From positions 96,001 to 160,000 of IMG/VR virus record IMGVR_UViG_3300031857_023573: DNA of 64,000 bases. One strand, 5' to 3'. This document shows, in pieces, positions 39,735-48,887 of the stretch. The notes under the pieces are model-generated. The model saw only the letters and a program-made list of their open reading frames with translations, searched no databases and was not told the DNA's origin. How positions within the stretch are numbered: position 1 is the stretch's first letter; each line of letters opens with the position of its first letter. Origin of the DNA: a virus. Lineage: Duplodnaviria > Caudoviricetes. The translations under genes and the position numbers were made by a program.

Positions 39735-40462
39735 TCCTTTTTAAGCTTTAGAATTAAATCTCCGACTTTGCCCGGCTCATTTTTAGAAAAATGACCCATG
39801 TGTTTTATAATAGTCTCGTCTTTCTCTTTTTCCAATTTAATTTTAGTAAGTTTTTGCTTGCCTAAAATTCTTTTATCTCCTTTACAGGTTTGACAGTCTT
39901 TGCTTCCTAATTTTCCTTGACCGAAACAGAAAGAACATTTATTACCAAATGGATCTTTTCCAGATCCTTCGCAAAAATCACATCCATCATCAGAATCGAA
40001 GATCCCCTTAACATTGCCTTCATCATCTTTAATAACAAATTTGCTTTTTAAGTCTTTTCCTGTGCCATTACAAGTTTTACAAATGACCCATCTTTGATAT
40101 TCTATTGTTCCAGAGAAATTATTATCAACTATCTCAACTATGTTCAAAACTTGATTCTTTTTGAAATCTTCGTATTTTTTATTCTCCTTATCAAAATCAA
40201 AATCAACTGAAACTACATAAAGTTCTTCTAGTTCATTGTAGTCTTTTCCCCATTTACTCTTTCTATCATATTCAATCCTAAGTTCACTATTTGATAAGAC
40301 ACTATAAGCTTCAGAAATAGAGTTAAAAAGTTCAGTATCAACACCAGAATTTTTATCCGGATGATATTCAAAAGATAGTTTGTAGTAGGCCTTTTTTATT
40401 TCTACATCAGTGCTTTGATGTTTGACTCCTAAAACTTTATAATAATTAGTTTGTAAATTCAT
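39731..40462 (-). CDS. dnaJ: DnaJ-family co-chaperone (J domain plus four CxxCxGxG-like motifs, shortened C-terminus)
   Basis: NYYKVLGV..YHPDKN; CKTCNGTG, CDFCEGSG, CSFCFGQG, CQTCKGDK. Confidence 0.88.
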   Translation of the reverse strand: MNLQTNYYKVLGVKHQSTDVEIKKAYYKLSFEYHPDKNSGVDTELFNSISEAYSVLSNSELRIEYDRKSKWGKDYNELEELYVVSVDFDFDKENKKYEDFKKNQVLNIVEIVDNNFSGTIEYQRWVICKTCNGTGKDLKSKFVIKDDEGNVKGIFDSDDGCDFCEGSGKDPFGNKCSFCFGQGKLGSKDCQTCKGDKRILGKQKLTKIKLEKEKDETIIKHMGHFSKNEPGKVGDLILKLKKD

Positions 40463-40857
40463 TTTTCAAATTCTCCTTCGATCAGATGAATGCAGAAATT
40501 ACACATAAGATCAAATTTACCAGAAATTGTTTGAGGTATATCTATGGGTCTAAAAAACTCAATACAAAGTTGAACATCTAACCAGCTTGGATTATTTTTA
40601 AGGTTAATTAATACGTTGGATATGTTTTCTTTGTTAAATTCGCTTGTGTCTGGAAAACTCGAAGATAGTTCATATTTTTCAATAACTTCTTTTCTTACTG
40701 TTTGATAAGACTGCCAATTATTGTCATATTTATCGACAAATTTCTGAGACCAATCATCTAAAAATAAAGCATCTGCATTAAATAAAGAATCTAAGTCCTC
40801 AAAATTTTTACACAATAAAATTGAATCTTTAGTAATAAATCTTTTGTGAAATCCCAT
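40459..40857 (-). CDS. Hypothetical protein (132 aa)
   Basis: ORF track; coupled to neighbours. Confidence 0.65.
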   Translation of the reverse strand: MGFHKRFITKDSILLCKNFEDLDSLFNADALFLDDWSQKFVDKYDNNWQSYQTVRKEVIEKYELSSSFPDTSEFNKENISNVLINLKNNPSWLDVQLCIEFFRPIDIPQTISGKFDLMCNFCIHLIEGEFEK

Positions 40858-40858
40858 T

Positions 40859-41056
40859 TTAAAACTCCTCTTCTTGTCTTTTCTTTTTTTCTAAATAAAT
40901 TGCCTTTTTAACTTCGTCTCTTCTTTGTACAGATTTTTTTGTATAACTCTGTCTGTTTCTAAGTTCCCTAAGAACTTTAGTGCTATCAAATTTTCTTTTG
41001 AATTTTTTTAAAGCTCTTTCAATAGTATCTTTACCAGTAACTTCAATTATTATCAT
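40859..41056 (-). CDS. rpsU: Ribosomal protein bS21 (Bacteroidota type)
   Basis: MIIIEV..DTIERALKKFKRKFDSTKVLRELRNRQSYTKKSVQRR...KAIY; 65 aa. Confidence 0.92.
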   Translation of the reverse strand: MIIIEVTGKDTIERALKKFKRKFDSTKVLRELRNRQSYTKKSVQRRDEVKKAIYLEKKKRQEEEF

Positions 41057-41325
41057 AAGATTGTTTTTAATTTTATATCTCTAATTAGTTGATTTCTTTC
41101 TGCTTCTGACATTTTTTTAAAGTCTTCAAATTTTATATCAAATCCTAGTGCAGCCAGTACAATCTCAAAAAAACTAGTAAGATCCTTATCGATAGATATA
41201 TTAGTGTCCCAAGTTCCTCCTCCACTTGAGTACACCAAATGACTCCCAGACGTGAGCGTTGTTCCACTTATAACCCCGGTGTTTATTGAACTAGCAATAT
41301 TTATATTATTATAGGTATTTGACAT
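41053..41325 (-). CDS. Hypothetical protein ending in IRDIKLKTIL
   Basis: ORF track; AATATATA at 41334-41341; ATGA coupling to rpsU. Confidence 0.7.
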   Translation of the reverse strand: MSNTYNNINIASSINTGVISGTTLTSGSHLVYSSGGGTWDTNISIDKDLTSFFEIVLAALGFDIKFEDFKKMSEAERNQLIRDIKLKTIL

Positions 41326-41347
41326 AAGTATTTTATATATTATATTT

Positions 41348-41617
41348 TCACTTAAAGTTCAAAACTTGCTCAAGTTTTAAATTTCTCAAGTTTTCCTTGA
41401 TATTTATAACAAATAGATTCATAGAATCAACTTTGGATACGCCACGATATGTCATTTTAATTATTTTACTATCAAAACTTTTTATAATCGGGTAGGTATC
41501 TTCAGGTAGTTGTTCAACTGTCCATATTGGCAACATTTTATCAATATCAAATCTGATATTATAGTCTGTGTATTCTACAAACCTACCATCTATACTATAT
41601 TTTACAAGCACCTCCAT
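41348..41617 (-). CDS. Hypothetical protein with C-terminal LRNLKLEQVL motif
   Basis: ATG 41617 (MEVLVKY), just after the gp46-like stop, preferred over track start 41647. Confidence 0.65.
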   Translation of the reverse strand: MEVLVKYSIDGRFVEYTDYNIRFDIDKMLPIWTVEQLPEDTYPIIKSFDSKIIKMTYRGVSKVDSMNLFVINIKENLRNLKLEQVLNFK

Positions 41618-41618
41618 T

Positions 41619-43322
41619 TTATTGCTCTTCGATATGCAATTCTTCAATAGTTGAAAATACTTCTTTGTTAACTCTAATTATTCTATCGAACATCTCTTGA
41701 TTCAATACAGCGTGATGTACTACAAAGATATTAACGTTATATTGATTTGAGAATGATTTCAAAAGACCAAGTATTTTTTGAATATTTTCTAAGTCAACAC
41801 TTGAAAATACTTCATCTAAAAACAAGATGTTAATATGTTTTTTTGTTCTAATAAGCATTAAGTAAGCAGTTAAAATACAAATATTGGTGAGTTTCTGCTC
41901 ACCTGTACTTAGACTCTCAGAGTCAATTACAGAACCAAGATGTTTGATTTCAGCATTAAAAGTCTCATCAAGTGAAACTTCAAAATGCATACCCATTTTC
42001 TTAATATTTTCATTAATGAAGAAGTTAATAGGCTTAATTATTCCTGCAATAATTGATTTTTTGACACCATCTTCACCAAATATTCTGTTTAGTTCTTTAT
42101 AATAAAGCTCTTTATCTTTACAAAGAGATGAATTATTCGAAGATACTTTTTTCTTTTCACTAAGTTCGTTTATCGCATTTTCAAATTCTTGAACATTCTC
42201 TGATGCCTTACCGTCTTCTCTTAATTGTTTGTTTTGTAATTTTTCAATCTGTAACTTACAATTTTTCAAATAATAAGTCATATCATTAAATGCTTTAAGA
42301 GCATTGTCTGATATTGGTTGTAATTTGAGTTGTTTTTCTTTTATAGATTTTATATTTGATTCGAGTTCTACTTTGATATTTTCTAAAGACTGTTTTTTCT
42401 CTAAAAGAGTTCCCCTAAGTGCGATAAAATGTTCAGAGTCAAAATCTGTTTTACACATTGGGCACTTTCCAGAATCAAAAAGATCAATTTCTTTTTGGAT
42501 TGATTTAATATCAGTCTGTAAAATAATATACTGACTTTTCTCTTGATCTATTTCTTCTTTTAATTCTATATCTTTAGATTTTATTTTTTCAATTTTTTCT
42601 TTAAGTAGTTTATATTCTTCTTTTTTGGACTCCATATCCGATTTGATCTTGTCAATCTCTACTTGAGTATTCTCTTTTTCCTTCTCAATTGCTTTAGTTA
42701 TTGAATTCTGAATTGATTGAATAGACTCATTAAGTGTGGATATCTCTGAATCTAGAGATGCCATTCTAATTTTATTATTCTTATTTAACTCTTTTAATAT
42801 AGAATTTAAAATATTGATTACTTCTAAATTGAATAGTTTATCTAAAAGAAGTTGTTTTTCTTCATTTGACAATGAGATAAAGTTCTTGAACGAGTCAACA
42901 CTCATAGACATGAAAGACTTGAATGTTTCAATATCCATTCCAATATAGTCTTCTATCTTTTCATCAATATTAGATTTTCCAGCTCTTTCATTTAATACAC
43001 CGTTCTCCCAGATTTCTAGAACATTTGGAGAGATTCCTCTTTTAACTTCAATATTAGTTCCTTTAGATTTAAATTTTATGTCTATCAACATCTCACCACC
43101 ATTAATCCTGTTTGGTAAAGTTGAAAGAGTTGCCCACTTTTTTTTTGATCCTGAACATTTACCATACAAAGAGAAGTCAACTGATCTTAGTAATGTTGAC
43201 TTTCCAGCACCATTTTGACCGACTAATAATACTAAATCCCCTTTTTCAGTATTAAGCTTTATAGATTGTCTAGAGTTTCCAAAAGATTTGAAGTTCCTTA
43301 TTCCAATTTCTTCTATTAACAT
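41619..43322 (-). CDS. SbcC/Rad50/T4 gp46-like recombination endonuclease ATPase subunit
   Basis: Walker A GQNGAGKST, coiled coils with CPMC zinc hook, signature LSTGE, Walker B FLDEVFSSVD, H-loop VVHH. Confidence 0.92.
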   Translation of the reverse strand: MLIEEIGIRNFKSFGNSRQSIKLNTEKGDLVLLVGQNGAGKSTLLRSVDFSLYGKCSGSKKKWATLSTLPNRINGGEMLIDIKFKSKGTNIEVKRGISPNVLEIWENGVLNERAGKSNIDEKIEDYIGMDIETFKSFMSMSVDSFKNFISLSNEEKQLLLDKLFNLEVINILNSILKELNKNNKIRMASLDSEISTLNESIQSIQNSITKAIEKEKENTQVEIDKIKSDMESKKEEYKLLKEKIEKIKSKDIELKEEIDQEKSQYIILQTDIKSIQKEIDLFDSGKCPMCKTDFDSEHFIALRGTLLEKKQSLENIKVELESNIKSIKEKQLKLQPISDNALKAFNDMTYYLKNCKLQIEKLQNKQLREDGKASENVQEFENAINELSEKKKVSSNNSSLCKDKELYYKELNRIFGEDGVKKSIIAGIIKPINFFINENIKKMGMHFEVSLDETFNAEIKHLGSVIDSESLSTGEQKLTNICILTAYLMLIRTKKHINILFLDEVFSSVDLENIQKILGLLKSFSNQYNVNIFVVHHAVLNQEMFDRIIRVNKEVFSTIEELHIEEQ

Positions 43323-43376
43323 TTATAATAACTTATTTTTAATATATACCTTATATAACATTTAAAATGCTTTGTT

Positions 43377-43529
43377 ATGAAGATTTGTATCAAATGTAAT
43401 CTAGAAAAATTAGAATCAGATTTTAAAAAGAAATCCAAAAAGTGCATCGAATGTTATAAGTCTTATCAAGCTAATTATCGTTTTATAAAATATGATTATT
43501 CTTCAGAAGTCTCAATATCTTGCAATTGA
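43377..43529 (+). pseudogene. 50-aa CxxC...CxxC zinc-finger ORF, probable remnant of a homing-endonuclease-type gene; not in ORF track
   Basis: MKICIKCNLEKLESDFKKKSKKCIECYKSYQ..; preceded by plus-strand AATATATA 43341-43348; its tail overlaps the convergent gene. Confidence 0.4.
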
Positions 43530-43777
43530 TCAACCATGTTTTCAAAAGGTTCACACTGTTCTATTATAGACTTCATAAGTGGTAGATAATCTGAGTGTTC
43601 TTCTATATATGACCCAAGAGCTTTTATTAGACTGTCATCAACGGTCAATAACATTTTATCAGCAGTATAGTAGAAAATCGAGTCATGATATGTGTCTCTA
43701 TACATCAAACCAATAGATACTAAAATCCCACCTTCGAACTTTCCAATATAATCAATTATTGATCCGGTTATTTCCAT
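43496..43777 (-). CDS. Hypothetical protein (93 aa)
   Basis: ORF track. Confidence 0.65.
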   Translation of the reverse strand: MEITGSIIDYIGKFEGGILVSIGLMYRDTYHDSIFYYTADKMLLTVDDSLIKALGSYIEEHSDYLPLMKSIIEQCEPFENMVDQLQDIETSEE

Positions 43778-43982
43778 CTAAAATAAGACCTAATTTTTCA
43801 TCTCGGATATTTTTTAAATATCCATTATTGTTTAATGTGTTGAATAAAGATGTAGATATACCTTTTCTGCCCTCTTCATGTGTGTAAATCATATCTCGAT
43901 AATAATCATGTATTTTATTCGCAGTTTCTTTATCTAAAGAGTTTATCTTTTCTAAATCTAAGTAGTATTGTGTTAAATCCAT
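43752..43982 (-). CDS. Hypothetical protein with C-terminal IRDEKLGLIL motif
   Basis: ORF track. Confidence 0.65.
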   Translation of the reverse strand: MDLTQYYLDLEKINSLDKETANKIHDYYRDMIYTHEEGRKGISTSLFNTLNNNGYLKNIRDEKLGLILDGNNRINN

Positions 43983-43987
43983 TCTTT

Positions 43988-44260
43988 TTAATCTAAATAA
44001 AATTCTAACTTCTTAAATTTATCATCCAAATCAGTGAAAACTATAGATATTTTCTCTGGTTTTCTAATTTCTTCAGCCTCACCTTTGACTTCATTCAAAA
44101 TAACATCTTTCTTGTATTGAATTTCAATGCCCGGTTCTTCACCAAGAAACTTTCTCATATCTTCTTTAATTATCGAAGTTTTCCAATCCTCTCTTGTGAA
44201 ATCTATATTTAGAATATATTCTCTAATTGCATTTTCTTTCATTGAAGCCATAATTTTCAA
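43988..44260 (-). CDS. Hypothetical protein (90 aa)
   Basis: ORF track. Confidence 0.65.
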   Translation of the reverse strand: MKIMASMKENAIREYILNIDFTREDWKTSIIKEDMRKFLGEEPGIEIQYKKDVILNEVKGEAEEIRKPEKISIVFTDLDDKFKKLEFYLD

Positions 44261-44300
44261 TTATATTTTAATTTATATATCTTATTGATATATTAGTTCA

Positions 44301-46556
44301 TTACTGATATGGAAAAAACGGAAGTGTAATTTTAGTATTTGCGTTATCAGCAAACACCAAATACTTAGAATCATCAGCAATAATATATTGATTAAGGATC
44401 TTATTATGTTCTGATACAGGTATTACTTCAGAGAACAATCTGATATTAGTCATCTTCATATCTGAAGCAAATATTTGAGTATCGATTCCTACCAACTCAA
44501 AATCAACTGGTACAAAAGTTTGACTATCATAATAAACCTTTTCTAACACGGTTGAAGAAAGGAATTTAGCCTCTTCTTCTGCATCAATCTCTACATTACG
44601 CTTATAAATCCACTGATTTAACTTTCTATTTCTTTGATCCACATTCAATACATAGCAATACCAAACATTTTCATATAAGTCAGATGTTGAATAAGTTGAC
44701 CCAGTAAAACTAAACGTATAAGTATCCGAATTAATGTTTAAAGAAATATTATCATTTTTCAAGTTAACTTGCCAACCCAAATTATTCACTGTATCATAAT
44801 TTGTAAGGAAATTATAACTTTCATCTGTCACATAATTATTCAAATTGAACCACATATAAAATCCAATATTGTCCGATACCTTTATTCTTGAATCAACTGA
44901 TTTATAAGTGATCGCAGTTATAGACTGTGTTGCCAATTGGAATCCATTATAGAGTAGATTAGAAAAATCATAATGTTGCTTAGACACAATTGTAGTCGAG
45001 TTTTCAATTAATTCTTTCACAATTTCAGCCTTATACTGAAGTCTAATTGGATCTCTAGTAAGTGGTTGAAGTTGTGGTTTGTTTGCAATCGAGTCTTTAT
45101 CTTGTCTGTTTTCAACTCCGAATAACTCATCAATAGTCGTATTCTTCGTGAGTTCCTTTATCCTATCATTAATTTCATTAGTTGCTGCGATAACATTTGC
45201 AGATTTGTTGTATTTCTTCAATACAACTTTATAATAAATTGCGGCATTATTGAAATTTCTGAACTGTTGAGCATGATCAACAATAAACATTCTATTGATG
45301 TCACAGAAGTAAATTAGGTCTTCTTTTGATGGTCTTCTTTGAACACCAAAAGCTGCCTTAAATGATTCTTTGGTAATATGTATTTCAAAAGAGTCAAAAA
45401 GAGTTAGGTCAAACTGGTTCATTACAATTTGATTATCCGGAAACTGGTTATTTTCAACTGCAACCTTGATTTCCTCTTCACAGACAATATTAAATAGTTG
45501 AAATTCATGAAGAGTATAATCTATACCTTTACCATCTGGATCTGTTACAAAGTATTTAACTCTCCACCCAAATATTTCAATCGAATCATTACTTAGTCTA
45601 TTAAGTAGATTCATAGCTTGTGTTTGTTGGTAAGGATTATATAGCTTAGACTTTTCATCTGCAGTCATTGGTTTTAAAATATTACCAGTTGTACAAGATT
45701 GAGCATCTAACACACCGGTAGTGTTTGCAATCAAGTTACCATTTTCGTCTAAAACTCCATTTGATGTTCCAAGTAAATAAGATTGGCAGCAATCTCTTAT
45801 ACCATAAAGATTAGTCTTTGAATAATCTTGTGTAACATTTTGAAAGTCTCCTATTAAGTTAATATCTTGAATTTTAACACTTGAAGCAGAATTATTTACT
45901 ATTAGATATTCAATTTGAAAAAATCTAATTGGATTAATTCTTTTAGTCGAAATGTTTTCTTTTGTGAATGGTTCCCATTCGGTCCAATTTCTTGAATTAT
46001 CTTGTGAAAATCTGTATAAAAAGTCAACTCCAGATAAATTGTTTGGTGATATTATTTCTATATCAGTTATTGAAAATACTTTGTATATAAATGGTGGTTT
46101 TATTATTCCTTGCTTACCACTTCCAATAATTACATTCTCATTTGATGTGTCTTGTAGAAGTTTACCATTTAGTTCGAATGAAGTAAGTCTTATCTCTCCG
46201 TCTGTTTTTGTACCACTTCTTATAAACTTTATATCGATCCACATTTTATCAAGTGGATCAAAAGGTGGGAAATTTGTTATTTGCTCTTTAAGTTCTAACC
46301 AACTAGTCCAGGTATTCCCATTTCTAGAAATTCTATACTGTGTTTCAAGATATCTTGACTCTAAAACACCAGTTGCTACATAAGAGAAGTTAGTAAACTC
46401 TTCAACCTTTTCTAATTGTATAAAAGAAATAACATACTCATCACCTACTTCATAAAAGTATGGAGTTGCATCACTAGCCGTTGAACCTGCTAAAGTATTA
46501 TAGGACTGAGAAATAATAATACTTCCAGTAGTAAAATCATTTGTAACTTGTGACAT
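44301..46556 (-). CDS. Neck/head-closure protein with T4 gp14-like core and N- and C-terminal extensions
   Basis: Core DSIEIFGWRVKYF...FEIHITKESF...RRPSKEDLIYF..NRMFIV...YYKVVLKKY; C-terminal LamG-like WYCYVLNV..MTNIRLF. Confidence 0.6.
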   Translation of the reverse strand: MSQVTNDFTTGSIIISQSYNTLAGSTASDATPYFYEVGDEYVISFIQLEKVEEFTNFSYVATGVLESRYLETQYRISRNGNTWTSWLELKEQITNFPPFDPLDKMWIDIKFIRSGTKTDGEIRLTSFELNGKLLQDTSNENVIIGSGKQGIIKPPFIYKVFSITDIEIISPNNLSGVDFLYRFSQDNSRNWTEWEPFTKENISTKRINPIRFFQIEYLIVNNSASSVKIQDINLIGDFQNVTQDYSKTNLYGIRDCCQSYLLGTSNGVLDENGNLIANTTGVLDAQSCTTGNILKPMTADEKSKLYNPYQQTQAMNLLNRLSNDSIEIFGWRVKYFVTDPDGKGIDYTLHEFQLFNIVCEEEIKVAVENNQFPDNQIVMNQFDLTLFDSFEIHITKESFKAAFGVQRRPSKEDLIYFCDINRMFIVDHAQQFRNFNNAAIYYKVVLKKYNKSANVIAATNEINDRIKELTKNTTIDELFGVENRQDKDSIANKPQLQPLTRDPIRLQYKAEIVKELIENSTTIVSKQHYDFSNLLYNGFQLATQSITAITYKSVDSRIKVSDNIGFYMWFNLNNYVTDESYNFLTNYDTVNNLGWQVNLKNDNISLNINSDTYTFSFTGSTYSTSDLYENVWYCYVLNVDQRNRKLNQWIYKRNVEIDAEEEAKFLSSTVLEKVYYDSQTFVPVDFELVGIDTQIFASDMKMTNIRLFSEVIPVSEHNKILNQYIIADDSKYLVFADNANTKITLPFFPYQ

Positions 46557-46623
46557 GATGTATATATTAAAACTGATATATTTATAAGATATAAATAAAT
46601 TTTTGAAAATTTGTTAATAAAAA

Positions 46624-46654
46624 TTTGTTAAAAAGTTAAAATTCCTTATATTTG
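46624..46654 (+). promoter_or_regulatory. Bacteroidota-type promoter (-33 TTTG, -7 TATATTTG)
   Basis: TTTG 46624-46627, 19-nt spacer, TATATTTG 46647-46654. Confidence 0.65.
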
Positions 46655-46687
46655 TATTGTATTATTACCTAATATAGTTATTCTATT

Positions 46688-47893
46688 ATGAATATTAAAG
46701 AAACATTTTTACAACTAACCACACGAACTTATCCACATGGATATGAACACCAGCTTTTTGATAAGCTCCCACAAAACCTTGAAATGGATGAATTTGGAAA
46801 CCTTTTTATAAAAATTGGTGACAGTGATGTAATGTTCACTTCACACCTTGATACCGCGACTTCAGCGCTTACTACAGTTAATCACGTCTTTGAAGGAGAC
46901 ATAATCAAAACTGATGGTAAATCTATACTCGGCGCAGATGATAAAGCAGGTGTTACAATTATGCTCTATATGATCGAAAACAAGATACCCGGTCTTTACT
47001 ATTTCTTCTTAGGTGAAGAAGTTGGATGTCTTGGTTCTAAGAAAGTTGCTGAAAAACATCGTCAAGAAAAACTTGACTATATCAAAAAGGTTATTTCTTT
47101 TGATCGTAGGGGTACAGATTCAGTAATAACATTTCAATCAAGTTCAAGATGTTGTTCTGAAAAATTCGCAACAGAACTCTCTACTCAGCTTAACTTGGTC
47201 AATGATGGTTTTAAATACAAGAATGATCCAACTGGTATCTACACAGATTCTGCACAATTTGTATCAATATATCCTGAATGTACCAATATTTCAGTGGGTT
47301 ACTACTCAGAGCACACACACAGTGAGCGTCAAGATATTGCTCACTTAGAGAAACTTGCAAAAGCATGTTTAAAAGTTGATTGGTCTAGTCTACCTGTAGA
47401 AAGAGATCCCGGAAAAGTTGAATACTCTTCAAGTAGTTATTCTGGTTATGGATACGGATGGGGATCTTGGGAAGACTATTCTTCTGGATATCGATATGAA
47501 GAAAAGACATATACGTCAACTAAAAAAGATGATCAAAAAGTTACTTTCTATGATGAAGAATATAGATATGTAAGTGATATTACAATTAATACATCAACTG
47601 GTGATATCAAAGATGTAAATCTTGCACCGGAAAGAGTTCAAGAAGAAAGAAGACTCATTTCTAATTTCTTGGAAGATCTAGAACTTGAGTATACTAGTTT
47701 TATTTGGAATGGTCTTAAGCTCTCAGTTTATTATAAAGACGGAAGAGTAACTGATGCAAGTAGACTTGAATTGGAAGAGTATATCAGTGAACTTGATGTC
47801 ACTAAATTAATTGATAGTTGTGATGAAAAAGAGTATCAGAACAATCTGAGACTTTCTGACAGAGATTGGTCTGATCTTGAATATTGGTATTAA
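46688..47893 (+). CDS. M28/M20-family zinc peptidase-like protein
   Basis: FTSHLDT, LGADDKAG, GEEVG, SFDRR, YTDS, GYYSEHT. Confidence 0.8.
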   Translation: MNIKETFLQLTTRTYPHGYEHQLFDKLPQNLEMDEFGNLFIKIGDSDVMFTSHLDTATSALTTVNHVFEGDIIKTDGKSILGADDKAGVTIMLYMIENKIPGLYYFFLGEEVGCLGSKKVAEKHRQEKLDYIKKVISFDRRGTDSVITFQSSSRCCSEKFATELSTQLNLVNDGFKYKNDPTGIYTDSAQFVSIYPECTNISVGYYSEHTHSERQDIAHLEKLAKACLKVDWSSLPVERDPGKVEYSSSSYSGYGYGWGSWEDYSSGYRYEEKTYTSTKKDDQKVTFYDEEYRYVSDITINTSTGDIKDVNLAPERVQEERRLISNFLEDLELEYTSFIWNGLKLSVYYKDGRVTDASRLELEEYISELDVTKLIDSCDEKEYQNNLRLSDRDWSDLEYWY

Positions 47894-47965
47894 AATAATT
47901 TAAAAAATTATTCCTAAAATAAAAACTTTTTTATATATTAGCGATACTATAGAGACACAATTTTT

Positions 47966-48039
47966 GGACGAGTAATTCAGTTGGTTAGAATGCGACACTC
48001 ATAATGTTGAAGTCGGGGGTTCGAATCCCTCCTTGTCCA
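47966..48039 (+). tRNA. tRNA with CAT anticodon (elongator Met or Ile2); CCA not encoded
   Basis: Acceptor GGACGAG/CTTGTCC, D arm ATTC/GAAT, anticodon arm CGACA-CTCATAA-TGTTG, T arm GGGGG-TTCGAAT-CCCTC, discriminator A then CT; TATATTAG at 47934-47941 upstream. Confidence 0.93.
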
Positions 48040-48047
48040 CTTTAGAG

Positions 48048-48075
48048 ACCCAGATTTATTCTGGGTTTTTATTTT
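48048..48075 (+). terminator. Rho-independent terminator after the tRNA
   Basis: ACCCAGA-TTTAT-TCTGGGT followed by a T-rich run. Confidence 0.75.
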
Positions 48076-48854
48076 TTCTTTTTACCCATCCAATATCCAA
48101 TAAACCAAGTAACAAGTGGTAAAACTAGCTTTTCAAAAATCCACTTCCAATTAGTAGACCAAAAATCTTTTATTTGAGCTTTTGGATTAGCCTTTACAAA
48201 GATTTCATCTGAGTAACTTACTTGTTTCAAATCTTCGTTTAAAAATATTGAAACTACAAGGTCTAATCTATTTGTTCCGGATTTAATAGGTTGTACGTTG
48301 AATTTCCACTCTGTATAAGTTGAATCAACTAACTGCTTACTTGAATTTACACTTGTAATATTAAAGCAATCTTTCTGTGGATCTATTAGTTCAACTTGCA
48401 TTTTTGATGTAGTCTTTATTTGTTCAGTTTTTACCTTATACTTTCTTTGTATATTTTGGGATATTGTAGTTTGTGAATTCGATTTCGATATTCTAATTAC
48501 AATTTCATAATTTTTCATTACCAGCATTGTATCTGGAACAACATAAAGTATTCTTCCATTATCTATGATATATGAGGTATTAGATTCATTTTGCAATTTT
48601 GGCTTAACGTAAACACTGTCTTCTTGTTTAGACTCAGTGGGTGGTGGACTTGTTGTTAAAACTTCTTCCTCTTCTGTTGTTCCACTAGAACCAACACCAG
48701 TCTTATTTTCATTCTCACCTTCAAATAGGTTATCATCTTTTATGAGTGTAGAATCAACTAAAACCTCCTTATGATCTTCAGTAATAACTGGTAGTTGTTG
48801 TTTTTGACAACCAAATAAAACTATAAATAATATAAAATAATGAAATTTTTTCAC
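48069..48854 (-). CDS. Lipoprotein with C-terminal transmembrane helix
   Basis: MKKFHYFILFIVLFGC lipobox; C-terminal WIFEKLVLPLVTWFIGYWMG followed by KKKK. Confidence 0.65.
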   Translation of the reverse strand: MKKFHYFILFIVLFGCQKQQLPVITEDHKEVLVDSTLIKDDNLFEGENENKTGVGSSGTTEEEEVLTTSPPPTESKQEDSVYVKPKLQNESNTSYIIDNGRILYVVPDTMLVMKNYEIVIRISKSNSQTTISQNIQRKYKVKTEQIKTTSKMQVELIDPQKDCFNITSVNSSKQLVDSTYTEWKFNVQPIKSGTNRLDLVVSIFLNEDLKQVSYSDEIFVKANPKAQIKDFWSTNWKWIFEKLVLPLVTWFIGYWMGKKKK

Positions 48855-48887
48855 ATCTTATATATTTTTTTTATTATATTTACTACT

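Noticed and set aside
46606-46631. Direct repeat AAAATTTGTTAA x2 (14-nt period) as an operator
   Set aside because: Only two A/T-rich copies, overlapping the -33 element; chance is likely.
47966-48039. Initiator tRNA-fMet
   Set aside because: G1-C72 is paired and the anticodon stem lacks the three consecutive G-C pairs.
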